A stretch of DNA of 64,000 bases from Octopus vulgaris (taxonomy: Eukaryota): NCBI GenBank assembly GCA_951406725.2, contig OX597827.1, forward strand, positions 84,630,001-84,694,000, written 5' to 3'. The notes below the pieces were generated by a model. The model was not told where the DNA came from. It saw nothing but the letters and a program-made list of their open reading frames with translations, and did no database searches. Numbering within the stretch: position 1 is the first letter of the stretch; the number at the start of each line of letters is the position of its first letter. Below, one piece after another: positions 25,653 to 44,164 of this stretch. The position numbers were made by a program, and so were the translations under genes.

Positions 25653-27859
25653 TTGGTTACTGTATTTTTTCACATGTTCTCAATGAAGCGAATATTCTCA
25701 CAGAATAATAATAAGAAATAAAAGACAATATCAGTTTTTAACGATTGGTGCGGTACACTTGTCCTGTCCATCTGTTTGACAAATCTAACTCTGTCTACCA
25801 TTGTCATGAAAATGCATTTAGTATTTCTTTAAGTAACCAACACATAAGTAAATGTGATTTAAAAAACACGCAATAACAACAATAAATAAAACCGAACTCT
25901 ATAAAACGACAGTAAAACATGATCCAAGTGCAAGCCAGTAGTTTCTTATTACTTATTTTGTATTCCGCCACCACCACCACAACCACATTCCTTGACACCC
26001 ATTCCGTTGTGAAGTATTCTATATCACTGAAGTGGTGGCTGTGGAACCCTTCATAAAAATATCTTTATTGCTGTGGCTTGTTTTTTGTTATTGCCTTTCG
26101 GTTGAGATTTGTATGAGATTTGCTTATTTCGCAGCCAATGCCACGTCAACCACGTTCGAAGACGTGACTACAGAACGGATTCAGCTTAAAATGGACGTTC
26201 AGACGGATTATTATTCCCCAATATTCAATTACTTTTAAATCACTTATTCCATTTACTTTGAAATTCTTTTAGTTTCTGATAAACAACACCTCTCCCACCC
26301 TCAACATAGACATATATATATATATGTCCTTATAAATGTAGTCATATGTTTATCTAACACACACACACACAACACACACACAAACACAAACACTCACAGA
26401 CAAAAAAAGTATTTGACATAAATATAAAAGCAAAGAATGTGTGGTGATAGAGTATCTGTGATGTTGGCGGGTCTGGCTGAAGACGTTTTATGGGGCTTTA
26501 CGTGCAATGTAGGGCGCAAGCGAAATCCTGACACTGTTGTTGTTGTTGTTGTTGTTATTGCTGTTGTTATTGCTGTTGTTGTTGCTGATGTTATCAACAT
26601 TATTTTATTTTTGAGGGTGCGGTATTTTCCACACCCAGTTCGTGTGTGTGTGTGTGTGTGTGACTATTGTGATGTGTGGATTGCTAATATAGTGTTTGGT
26701 TGTTGTTGTGGTTAAAGAACATTGAAAGTAGGAAATGTACTTGAGAGAAGGATGTGGGAAGGAAACCAAGCATCGCTGGTGATGAAAGTGATGGAGTTTA
26801 TGGTGGAGCCACCCGCGATTGTCACTGTGATGATAGATGGTCCCCGTAAATCTAGACTCCATTTACGAGACGCTAGGTTTTTAAGGGCACTGCCCTTGGT
26901 TGTCGCTGATGTTTACTGATTACACTTTCACAACACGGGTGGAATAGGAACAACAACAACAACTGCTCCGACATTAATGACAACTGATTGCAAGGAGGAG
27001 TTCTTTGTTGTGATGTTAATGTCGTTCACTAACGAAATTGTGATATTCCTGAAGCATTCGCAGCTTTGATGATGATGATGATTTGGTTGAGAGGAAGAAG
27101 GATGCTAACGATCATTGTGGTGATGATGATGATACACCCGACTAAGCAATTTTGTAGAGATGAAATCTTGTTAGTGGCATTGTAGTTGAGTATTTCTCGT
27201 TCCTCCATTCATAGAATGATGACGAAGGCGAATTGCATAAAGCTAGCCTTACTCACTGGGCCAGTTTTGCTTTCATTAAGAAATAAAAGATGAGATTATA
27301 AACTGCTGGATGCAGGGGATAATCTGAACTTCTGCCGTTGTATTTTTAGCATTCGGCAACACTTGCTAAAGCTGTTGGTGTGACGGCTGGTATTGTTCAC
27401 TCAATGAACCAGAGTGAGTGTTGACTTGCTTGGATTGACGCAAGAGTGTGCCATTTGATGACTGGCCTCAAATGGTTTAGTTTTGCCTGCCAAAGCAGTT
27501 CAGCACGGCGTTACCATTGCACATACAACACCAACTTGGCGCCTCATGTCTTTTAATGATGTTGTTGTTTAACACAAAGTTGGCCCTAATTTAACAAATC
27601 ATAGCCATTCCATGACCATCTTGCCTTTTTACAAATTTAATCTTACCGCAGGTGATTGTATATTATTCCGAGGTAAGTTCGCTACTATTTCTCTCAACTC
27701 GAATTAATCAAGGGAAATACTTTCATTATTTATTGAAGAGAAACTAAACAATACATACACATGTTCGTATATGTGGGTGAATATATATGTGTGTTTACTA
27801 TATGAGTGTGTGTATTATATATGTGTGCTTATATGATTCTTCACTAAATAACAATACCG

Positions 27860-29233
27860 CCACAAGCTCATCCGAAGCAGCCTTTACAAACTTATGCAGC
27901 TGCAGACGTCCAACCTCCTGTTTTATGAGTGCACAAGATCCACATTGGCTCATGTAGCATCGCCGTCAAAGCTAGTCTGAGCAATCACTACTCTAGCTTC
28001 AAATCGCATACAAAATCTAACAGCGCATCGTTATCTCAACTTATCAATAAACTAACGCTTGACTCAACTCCTTTCACTCTCAAACGGTCCATACCCACGC
28101 CATACCTTACAGAGGATATAATAACAAGTGTAATCTCTGCATAGCCGAGGTCATGGCTATTTTGCAATCCACGGACTGTCTCAATGAACGCAGCAGTATA
28201 ATGTTCACCTGTAAACATCGGGCACTAAATCCATTCTCGAAACACAAATAGTTGCAACCCGCCCCGCCGGATCTTGTCTCCCCATAACTCTCATGTATTC
28301 TTTTTCCCACTCATCCACCCTCACAACCACTGCGCATTAAACCAACAATATTTTCCTCCCTTTTTAATTCCTTAATCGTCAATTACAATTTTCTATCCGT
28401 GTTTTTACTTACTACCGAAAATATTCTTCTCTCCTTAAATTTCTACTCCCTCCCCCTCCTATCCCTCCACCCGTAAACGTACACACACATACGCCTTCAC
28501 CATTTCATTCGTTTTTCTTTTTCTTCTTGTACCAATTTATGCCTTTTGACCATAAACCACTGGCCCTGCTTAAACCTCCAACCATACCATGCTTTATTCA
28601 TATGTACTTTTTTTCCTCCACGACCAAAAGTATTCCCCCACCCTCTCCCCTTCAATTTCTCCCCTTCAGATACAAACCTATGATTAAGTTAAATTTCTAT
28701 GATTAAGTTAAAACTACTCTATTATCTACCACCGACCCGTCCAATTCCTCCTTTCTCTCACACCCTTATATTTTATTTCATTGATTTACTTATTTTCTTC
28801 CTTTCTGTTATTTCTCCCCTCATTTATATACCCCTCACACACTGTGCCCTTCACATTCTGATTGAATCTTCTTTGTGTCAGCATGTACCCCCTTGCGACA
28901 ATGTAACCTTTAATCTAATCAAAATATCCTTGGCCTGAAGAGTAGCTGGTGCTATACACCTCACTTGGATTTTAACACTTCCGAGGTTCCACTCGCTATG
29001 AAACATGGATTTCCCATACTCCATTCCGCAATTCTTTTATTCTTTTTCGCACAATTGGGAACGCTGGTTGCCTACCGAGGAATATAAAAGGAACTTTTTT
29101 AAAAACTAATCGTTCTTTGATAAAGACAAAGATCCACAATCTTCTGCTGTTGTTCCTGAAAGTTGTTTTTTTATATTCACTACGGATTGCTCGAAGCTAA
29201 CATTCTTCCTACACCTCGATCCCTGGATCTTAC

Positions 29234-29238
<5 letters not shown>
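27860..29238 (+). mobile_element. Degraded Penelope-like element (Nematis-like GIY-YIG C-terminus, pLTR with hammerhead-like motif)
   Basis: HIGSCS...NHYSSFK...LSQLI...KCNLCIAE...LNERS...CKH at ~27940-28230; CTGAAGA...GAAACATG at 28935-29007. Confidence 0.65.
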
Positions 29239-29280
<42 letters not shown>

Positions 29281-31111
29281 TACATGTGTGTGTTTATATG
29301 TGTTTGTATGAATACCTGTTAATGTTATACGAACTGCTGTTGTTTACGTTGTGTCTCTTTAATCGTTAACTTCGCAGTTCGACAAAATAGGGAATGATAA
29401 AATAACATGGGAATAATGAAGTTGCAATGAGCCATCGAAGTACTTGAAGGCCCTGCCCGATTCATGGCATTGCTTAAAATTACTCACGGTTAAAGCATTT
29501 GTCAATTTATTTCCACAACTTTACTCTGTAGTGTTTATCTTATTGATTGTCGTTTAAACTTGAAAATATTAAAACAGTTGTTCGTTCTTTTTCATTCCAA
29601 TGGCTGAAATTCGCCAGTACCATTACTGCTATTTCTTGCTTCTTCCAGGCACCCGTCCATATCATGATTTCTGTAATTTTCGGCTGCCTAACCGCTTTTG
29701 AAATCATTGTAAAGATTTTCGTACGTCGCTAACAGAACACCTTACTTTCCCTTCAGATTTCTCACTCTGTTCTGTATCAGAATCGTTTTTAACGGAGTAA
29801 GTTTCCCGATGTCCTCTTGTTTATGAATCCTCTTTCACTATTTCTGCAGTATTTTGTGGGTCTGTTTTATTAGTATCAAATTCATCCCCCTTATTTGAAA
29901 TTATGGTGCCAATGGAAATTAAATTTTCTTCATTCTGTTTCTGTTTCACGAATAATTCTGTAATTTTTTCCCGACAACTGAAGCAGCCACTCCATTACTT
30001 CCTAATAAACAGGCGATATTTATTGGCTCTGAGTTTAGATTTTGTATCTTTTTTTCAGCCTCGCCATGCTTCACAACTTCTCAGAAAATGGGCTTCCAAC
30101 ATTTTGTTCAGGTAGGTTTATTTTTTATTTCACGACTTATTGCAATTACCCTCTAACAATCCCGAATATATGATATTTCCCGTTCGTCCTGTTCGTTTTC
30201 TTCTGCATCATTCAGTATTTTTCGTATTAGTATCTAACATAATTCGTCTTAAAATTGCAACTTATATTTTAGTCTGATAGATGAATAAGTAGTACATTAT
30301 TGGATTGTGAGAATATGACATTAACCCAGGGGTTTCCAAAACCCAGGGATGTGATAAAGCGTTAACAAAATTTTGAAGCCAATATTATTTTTTGTATAAA
30401 TTTTAGTTTCAGGGACAAAGTTTCATAAAACCAGTTTTCTAACATTACAGCAGAAATCCATGATTTGTTTTATTTACAGACTTTTAAATTGTTGGATGTT
30501 TTTATTCTATTTTCTCATTGCACATATATTATGAACCCTAAAATTTAATAATGGCTTCAAAAAGTCACTTATTGCTTTACAGTATAAAAAATAAAAGGAT
30601 TTTATCTTTAGAAACTTTAAATCTTCTAACCTGTTTTTCTCTCTGACCGGTATTATCAGTATGAAATATTTGTCTCAAAGAGCTTCGTCAATAATTTTAG
30701 ATAACTGTATCGTACTGACTTAAATAAAAATTAACAAATCCATCCCTAAGCAATACATTTTTGGTTTTCTCTTCAATCCAATTTTTACTACTTTGTCCAT
30801 TGTTTCCATGTTTCTACGAATGTTTGACATTTCTTTTCAACAGCTTCTGTTTTCATATTAATTTCCTCTTTTATAATAATTGCATTGTTTGTATCAAACT
30901 GCTTTGTAGTTTATTTTCAATTCTTTCCAGTTTGAAATTGATTTGATATTTCACTTCTTATTCCTAGAGAAATTGATGTTTGCCCGTTTCTTGTTTAAAA
31001 AATAGAATTATCATGCAATCGCGAAAATATAAATAAATAGATATACAAATAAATAAACAAATCTAACGTGGGTGCTTCTTAGGCAAATGGTTTACCTCAT
31101 TATCCGAAGTA

Positions 31112-31145
<34 letters not shown>

Positions 31146-31389
31146 TTTGTTCCTTTGTAACCCAATTCTTCGTAGAGGGACCTTCATGGCAAGGTGTCTT
31201 GGATAATTTAAATCTGATGGAGCCCATCCGTCTCTAGATCTGGATACAACCGAATTTTCCTAGAGAGAATGAGAAGAGTAAGAGAAACGCTGTTGCATTT
31301 CAAGATTGGAAAGGAACCAACGCTTCTTTGGTCCTCCTTGACATATTTGATCAAAATAATATTTCCCTTCGCTGTTGATAATCGCATCT

Positions 31390-32390
31390 ATTTGGCAAGT
31401 TGTTGATCAGTTAGGTTTCCAAGCAAAGAAACACCCAAAATCATTTTTAACCTCTTCACAATTAATCAACTATTTTCCTTCTCAATAAGCTTACAATGAT
31501 CTGAAAATATGAGAGTCAAATAGAGCAAGGTGTGGAGAGTAAAGATGATGAGGTAAAACTTCCATATTTAGTGCCACAGTCTTTTCTTGAGTGATCTGAG
31601 CAATGTATGGCTTTGCATTATTGTTTAAGAACAACATCCCTTTGCTGTTTACCAACGATGTGGGCTTTGTCTTCATATTTTTGCGCAATGCTTCCATTTG
31701 GTGATAATCTTTCTCCGTATGAACCGTTTCGTTTTGCTTTAACACCTCATGATAGACAATGTCCTTCATAACTCACCGAATACACAACATGTCTTTTGTT
31801 GAGTTAATGATTCTACCCAGGAGAGGGTTGCTAGCAGGTCCACTCGTCAATGACGAGCAAAGGGCAACTCTTTGATTATGCTGAGACCGTGTTTGGATAT
31901 TGTTCCTCGTTCATGAAGGTGTTCTGTGATCAATGCAGGACTTGAACTGAAGTGTTTCGCTAATCCCGTTTAGTTTGCTTTGAATTTTCCATTACTGCGG
32001 TTTCCATTACTACGATATTGACAGATGGAGAGGAATCTGCATGAGAGAAATCTTCCGGTCGAAATCGGTCAAACATCATTGGAATGTCCAAACATTTAAA
32101 GCTTCATTTCCATCGATAGAACGAATATTTCTTGCTTCTTCCAATGCTAAAGATCCCCTTTTGAATTCATATAGCATGCAATGTCTAATATGCTTCTAAT
32201 CGAAGCTCATTTTCAAAGGGTAAAATCAATACGAATGTAACTATTTTGTTATAAAGTAATCTGCAAAGGAAGATAAAGGAAAAACCCACAGAATGTGAAG
32301 ATTTATGCGAATTTCACCATTAGTATTGGAAAAGTATCCTCAAAGTGATCTTGTCAAAAATGCGACAAGACATTCTTTTCAACCTAACCC
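31390..32390 (-). mobile_element. Mariner transposon fossil
   Basis: HIRHCMLYEF N-terminus near 32200; NNNAKPY..MEVLPHHLYSPHLALFDSHIFRSL (degenerate YSPDLAP) at 31491-31769; TIR-like ttaggttgaaaag near 32387. Confidence 0.85.
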
Positions 32391-32441
32391 TGACCCCGAC
32401 AAGAATAAACAATTTCAATAATTTTCATCAAATACTAGAAA

Positions 32442-34052
<1,611 letters not shown>

Positions 34053-35929
34053 GAAATGTTCTTTTTCATTTGCGAGGAAACGCAGGGTCACTGTCTCCAC
34101 TGTAGGCCCTCTAATTGACGAAACTGGCACTCTCCAAGATAATGCCAAATCCATGGCCGAGATACTGCAGAAACAATACTGCTCTGTTTTCAGCAATCCT
34201 GATATGGCCGATCTGGGCTGTATCAGTGTGTCAACCCCCAACACACTATATCGGACATAACGTTTAGTGCCCCTGATGTCTTAGCGGCGATAAACGAAAT
34301 AAAACACAATTCAGCAGTGCCCCGATAGGTTCCCTGCTTGTGTCCTGAAGGTGTGTCGACACCAACTTGCATCTCCCCTTGCTAATCTGTGGAGAAACTC
34401 ACTGGATGCTGGCTATATTCCAAAAACCTTCTGTCCCAGTCTGTTGTCCCAGTTTTCAAAAAGGGAAACAAGTCCCTTGCAGTGAATTACCGTCCGATCT
34501 CACTCACCTCTCATATCATCAAGGTATTTGAGAGGGTGGTGAGATCTCAAATAACCCAATTTCTGGAAAGCAACAGACGGCTGATCTCCAACCAACATGG
34601 GTTCCGTAATGGAAGGGACTGCCTAACGCAGCTCCTGCATCACTTTGAGGACATTTTGAGAGCTTTGGGAGAGGGCTCCAACACCGATGTCATCTACCTT
34701 GATTTCAGTAAGGCCTTCGACAGGGTCGATCACAAGATCCTATTGAAAAAACTATCCAACATTGGTGTCTCTGGAAAGTTACTGAAATGGATTAAGTGTT
34801 TCCTGACAGACAGATCTCAACATGTTGTAGTTGAAGGGGTAAAATCAAGCCCAGCCAAAGTCAGTAGTGGCGTTCCGCAAGGCACTGTGCTGGGCCCACT
34901 TCTTTTCATCATTTACATTAATGACATTAATGACATCATCAAGCACAGCAACATAAAAATCTTTGCAGATGATTCCAAGCTACAGAAGGTCATAAATGAG
35001 GCGAGTGACCGGACAGCCTTCAGTCAGATCTACTGGCTGTTATCCAATGGGCAGAAAAAAACAATATGCTGCTGAACGAGGATAAATTTGAGCTAATCCA
35101 CTTTGGAAAAGAGGATGCCCTGAAACTCCCATACTCCCTTCCTTCAGGTGAAACTCTCGCGGCGTCCAACAACATCAGAGACTTGGGAGTAATTGTGGAC
35201 AACAACATAAGCTGGGCCACTCATATAAACACCAAAGTTGACATGGCCCGCAGAATGTGTTCCTGGATTCTCAGAACTTTCCAGTCGAGAGATATCCACA
35301 CCATTATCCTTCTCTTCTCCACTTTTGCCCGACCCCACCTTGAATACTGTTGTCCACTGTGGTCTCCCCACACAATACAAGGTATCAAAAAGTCGAAGCA
35401 CCTCAAAGGGCAATCACAAAAAAGATAGATGGCATGACAGGCCTCGACTATTGGGATCGACTAGAAAAGCTAAAACTTTATTCTCTCCAACGTCGTCGTG
35501 AGCGCTACATCATCTGCATGATGTGGAAAATATTCCATCAGCATTGCCCAAATGATGTTGGCATCACCTTTAAGGTACATCCAAGGCTTGGGCCCCGTGC
35601 CATCCGCCCAAAACAAAAATCGCACTCTCATCTCATAACAACAATACGGCACAATTATTTCACCTCAATTGGCCCCGCTCTCTTTAACATTACACCAAAA
35701 CACATTAAAACAGAAACTGACCCTATAGGGTTCAAGAAGTCTTTGGACAGATTCCTTCAAGAAATCCCGGATAAACCACCTACACCCGGATATGTCTCTG
35801 TAAACAATAACTCTCTACTTGAGTGGGCCATAGTGCCCAAATTCTGACTTGAAAGACTTCACCAGGTGGTGCTATTAAGTTAGACATGGCCTGGGCCAAT
35901 AATGGCCGAAACCTATCAAAGTATCAAAG

Positions 35930-35931
<2 letters not shown>
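34053..35931 (+). mobile_element. 5'-truncated LINE (second family; RT domain and C-terminus), (TATCAAAG)n tail, in (TA)n
   Basis: NYRPISLTS, QHGFR, YLDFSKAFD, SGVPQGTVLGP, FADD, YWDRLEKLKLYSLQRRRERY; several 1-nt frameshifts; 3' stem-loop ggcca-ataa-tggcc-gaaac. Confidence 0.93.
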
Positions 35932-36990
<1,059 letters not shown>

Positions 36991-36991
<1 letters not shown>

Positions 36992-37631
36992 TAGCAGTAT
37001 CGCCCGGCGTTGCTCGGGTTTGTAAGGGAAATAACTATATAAGCATTTTTAGAGAGTTATAGCCAAAAAATAGCAAAAAATGCAATAAAAATGGAAAAAA
37101 TATGATGGTAAATTTTTTTTTTAAATCGTTGACTCATCGTAGACATTTTTAGAGAGTTACTTCCCTTATATAATAGCGAAAAAATGCATTAAAATGGAAA
37201 AAAAAACGATGGTAAATTTTTTTTTTTAAATCGTAGACTCATGTAGACGCTTTCTTAGCCATTTCTGTTTTGGTGTCTTCAAGCCATGAAGTCGTTGTTC
37301 TAAAAGAACACTGGTCTTCTTGACAACGCATTACGACGTTGATTTCCTTACACTCCCTTCCCCACAGGTGCAGATGTGAGCGTGGACGCCAACTCCGCCG
37401 CCATCGACACACGAAAAATTATGCATTAAAATGGAATAAAAAATGATGTTAAATTATTTTTAAAATCGTAGACTCATCGTAGACGCGCGCTAATATTCAG
37501 ACGGGCTCGATATGAATCACGACTATAAGCTACCCGAATTTGGTTAAACTGTACCGCAAAATGTGGGAGTAGTTAGGAATCTAAATCGAAGGGGACAGAC
37601 ACTCACACAACTACAGTTTTATATATATAGA
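36991..37631 (-). mobile_element. Non-autonomous Helitron H, copy 1
   Basis: Minus strand A|TCTATATATATAAAA...cccgagcaacgccggg-cgatactg-CTAG|T; no TSD. Confidence 0.85.
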
Positions 37632-37689
37632 TATACATAGCGCAGTAGTGGTGAGATATGACAGCAAAGAAAAGCATACATTCACTCTC

Positions 37690-38010
37690 TGCATGCAAGT
37701 AGACTCGGAAAGTTCGTGAGGAACCCATTGACCCAATTTGCTGACTTTTCCGATAGCACACAGGTGTCAATGAATGGTTGAATGACCAAATCCAAGCTTC
37801 TCTGCTAGTTCCTCAACAGTTACGATGATATTTTGTTCCACCAGGGTTTTCAGGATGTCCTTGTCGAGTTCTACAGATCTTTCAGGATGAGGCTCGTCTT
37901 CTAGGCTGTAGTTTATGGCTCGGGATTTCTGGAACCACCATTGACACTGCCTTACGCTTATTGTCCAATCCCCATATACTGCATTAATATTTCTTGTACT
38001 TTGCACACAT
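37690..38010 (-). pseudogene. Mariner transposase HTH fragment (captured), copy 1
   Basis: NINAVYGD..SVRQCQWWFQK...SLEDEPHPER...VTVEELAEKLG..STI. Confidence 0.85.
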
Positions 38011-38297
38011 TTATATTCTGTTATTCTTTTATATGTTTCAGCCTTGAGGTTGTGGCCATGCTGGATCATGTGTGTGTGTGTCTATCTGTCTGTCTGTCTG
38101 TATGTATATATGTATATGTATGTGTGTGAACAATAATATTTTCAACAGATGTGTTGCAAATGTATCTGATTGTTCTCAAGCTTCAATACTGTGTGTGTGT
38201 GTATGTGTGTGTGTGTATGTATGTATGTATATGTATGTATGTATGTATGTATATGTATGTATGTATGTGTGTGTGTGTATGTATGTGTGTGTGTATG

Positions 38298-38336
<39 letters not shown>

Positions 38337-38363
38337 ATGAGTGTATGTTTACTTTATTACTAA

Positions 38364-39434
38364 CTAGCAGTATCGCCCGGCGTTGCTCGGGTTTGTAAGG
38401 GAAATAACTATATAAGCATTTTTAGAGAGTTATAGCCAAAAAATAGCAAAAAATGCATTAAAAATGGAAAAAATATGATGGTAAATTTTTTGAAAAATCG
38501 TTGACTCATCGTAGACATTTTTAGAGAGTTACTTCCCTTATATAATAGCGAAAAATGCATTAAAATGGAAAAAAAACGATGGTAAATTTTTTTTTAAATC
38601 GTAGACTCATGTAGACGCTTTCTTAGCCATTTCTGTTTTGGTGTTTTCAAGCCATGAAGTCGTTGTTCTAAAAGAACACTGGTCTCCTTGACAACGCATT
38701 ACGACGTTGATTTCCTTACACTCCCTTCCCCACAGGTGCAGATGTGAGCGTGGACGCCAACTCCGCCGCCATCGACACACGAAAAATTATGCATTAAAAT
38801 GGAATAAAAAATGATGTTAAATTATTTTTAAAATCGTAGATTCATCGTAGACGCGCGCTAATATTCAGACGGGCTCGATATGAATCACGACTATAAGCTA
38901 CCCGAATTTGGTTAAACTGTACCGCAAAATGTGGGAGTAGTTAGGAATCTAAATCGAAGGGGACAGACACTCACACAACTACAGTTTTATATATATAGAT
39001 ATACATAGCGCAGTAGTGGTGAGATATGACAGCAAAGAAAAGCATACATTCACTCTCTGCATGCAATTAGACTCGGAAAGTTCGTGAGGAACCCATTGAC
39101 CCAATTTGCTGACTTTTCCGATAGCACACAGGTGTCAATGAATGGTTGAATGACCAAATCCAAGCTTCTCTGCTAGTTCCTCAACAGTTACGATGATATT
39201 TTGTTCCACCAGGGTTTTCAGGATGTCCTTGTCGAGTTCTACAGATCTTTCAGGATGAGGCTCGTCTTCTAGGCTGTAGTTTATGGCTCGGGATTTCTGG
39301 AACCACCATTGACACTGCCTTACGCTTATTGTCCAATCCCCATATACTGCATTAATATTTCTTGTACTTTGCACACATTTATATTCTGTTATTCTTTTAT
39401 ATGTTTCAGCCTTGAGGTTGTGGCCATGCTGGAT

Positions 39435-39476
<42 letters not shown>

Positions 39477-39597
39477 TATCTGTCTGTCTGTCTGTATGTA
39501 TATATGTATATGTATGTGTGTGAACAATAATATTTTCAACAGATGTGTTGCAAATGTATCTGATTGTTCTCAAGCTTCAATACTGTGTGTGTGTGTA

Positions 39598-39628
<31 letters not shown>

Positions 39629-39679
39629 ATGTATGTATGTATGTATATGTTTGTGTGTATGTATGTATGTGTGTGTGTA

Positions 39680-39726
<47 letters not shown>

Positions 39727-40193
39727 ATGTATGTATGTATGTATGTATGTATGTATGTATGTATGTATGTATGTATGTTTACTTTATTACTAATTACTCT
39801 CTTCCAAGAACATTTTCACTCACTCTTAGCTCTTAGCTTCCCATACATTTTACTCATGTGTCTATCAGCGTCATAGACAGAATACTTTCACTTTAGTCTT
39901 CCTCAAATCATTCTGTCGCTATTTACTTTCATTTTATTCGTTGCCCACTGTGTGTGTGCGTTTGCGTGTGGTGTAAACCAGACTAAGAAAAGCATTTGAC
40001 ACACACACCAGAATGTGAGTTTTCTGTAAATTTTGCTTAATTGGAGTTTAAATTTTAAAAACTGGACCTGGCATGACGCGATGCATTGTACTCTCAAAAA
40101 TGCTAGGTAAATTGTAATTGAAGAAATCCTATATTGTAGATTTGTATAACTCCCAAAGGGAGGCAGATAAAATCTGCCTTTTATAATAAGAGA
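38364..40193 (-). mobile_element. Nested copy of the composite Helitron (5' module Y 39794-40193, captured DNA 39000-39793, H copy 2 38364-38999)
   Basis: Begins TC and ends CTAG; its flanks rejoin to actttattactaa|ttactctcttcc, identical to the intact internal site 39781-39805. Confidence 0.85.
39058..39378 (-). pseudogene. Mariner transposase HTH fragment (captured), copy 2
   Basis: Same translation as copy 1. Confidence 0.85.
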
Positions 40194-40593
40194 TTACTCT
40201 CTTCCAAGAACATTTTCACTCACTCTTAGCTCTTAGCTTCCCATACATTTTACTCATGTATCTATCATCGTCATAGACAGAATACTTTCACTTTAGTCTT
40301 CCTCAAATCACTCTGTCCGCTATTTACTTTCATTTTATTCGTTGCCCACTGTGTGTGTGCGTTTGCGTGTGGTGTAAACCAGACTAAGAAAAGCATTTGA
40401 CACACACACCAGAATGTGAGTTTTCTGTAAATTTTGCTTAATTGGAGTTTAAATTTTAAAAACTGGACCTGGCATGACGCGATGCATTGTACTCTTAAAA
40501 ATGCCAGGTAAATTGTAATTGAAGAAATCCTATATTGTAGATTTGTATAACTCCCAAAGGGAGGCAGATAAAATCTGCCTTTTATAAAAAGAG

Positions 40594-42375
<1,782 letters not shown>

Positions 42376-43146
42376 GATTGATTGATTGATTGATTCTAGT
42401 TTCAGCTTATGAGCTGTGGCCATGCTGGGGCACCGCCATTTTGTGTTGCTACTTGGTTTCAATTCATGGAGGCTTTCTAGCAGCTGCTATTTGGTGCATG
42501 AGAGAGTTCGATGCAGCTGCCCTCATCTGCCCCTCCTGCCGTGAAGTTGGTTCATCTGGGACACCTGACAGGAAGAGATCCAGCTTCATTTTAAAGACAT
42601 CTGTATCCACCCCATGCAGGTCTCTCAGGTTCTTCGGGAGGATATTGAAGAGCTGTGGGCCTCGGAAGCCCAGGCTATCACAGAATCTTGTCCTACATCT
42701 TGATGGCAGGTTTGGAGTCCTAGGCACCACGCAGTGGCGCCCAGTTCTGGCATTTGCGTAACTCTCGATGCCAAAGTTCAGGACACTTCCCTCCAGGATC
42801 TTCCAGATGTATATTATGGCATATCTTTCCCGCCTACGCTCCAGGGAATATAATTTTAATCTCTTGAGTCTTTCCCAGTAGCTTACATTCTGCATAGAGG
42901 CTATCTTCTTTGTGTAGCTTCGTTGGATCGCCTCAAGTTCTGTGATCAACTTGACACTGGATGGTGACCATAGCAGAGAGCAATAGTCAAAGTGGCTTAG
43001 GACAAGTGTCTTCCAGAGGACCATCATGGTTTCTTGTTCTCTTGTTCTAAAGGTTCTAAGAATCCATCCAGCCAGCCGTCTACATTTCATTGTCAGTTTA
43101 GCAACATGTACATGAAAGGTCGCGCCATCACTCATGTGAATACCCA
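42376..43146 (-). mobile_element. 5'-truncated LINE copy, near-identical to ~48593-49366, (AATC)n tail
   Basis: Protein matches the ORF2 C-terminus apart from about three residues; (TA)n on both sides. Confidence 0.95.
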
Positions 43147-43702
<556 letters not shown>

Positions 43703-44164
43703 GTGATATATGGTTCCGTTTTCAGCAGAGAAAGACGTGATTGCCTTTGCTCTGTGAAAAAGTCTGCATAGAACGGCGAAATAACCCACTGTAGTTGCAA
43801 AACGTAAAACTCTAAGTCATAGAGATCACTACAACACTTTGGTTAAAAATATTTTAAAAAATATATATATAAATATATACATATACACAGTAATTTTCAT
43901 TTTCGCCGAAACGCACATGGTGCAAAAATAACTGAATCAAGTTATCTCCTGCAAGAAAGAAAAAAGAAGCATCTCTCCCGAAAAAAATCCCGTAAACCAA
44001 AAAAAAATTATCCAGACCACATTGTTGGATTAAGTATCAATTTCATCTATTTCATATTTTATTTATTATTCTATTTTATCTTTCACTTAGGCCCACATCT
44101 TAGTTAAAGTTGCGATCGTCATTTGGTTTGTTTACATTTTCAATAACTGTTCTCGATATAATAA

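Noticed and set aside
26840-26870. Inverted cgtaaat/atttacg Hox-like sites
   Set aside because: Short motifs expected by chance; no conservation data available.
29450-30350. Possible hAT transposase remnant and TIR-like caggggtttccaaa
   Set aside because: No convincing catalytic motif or partner end found.
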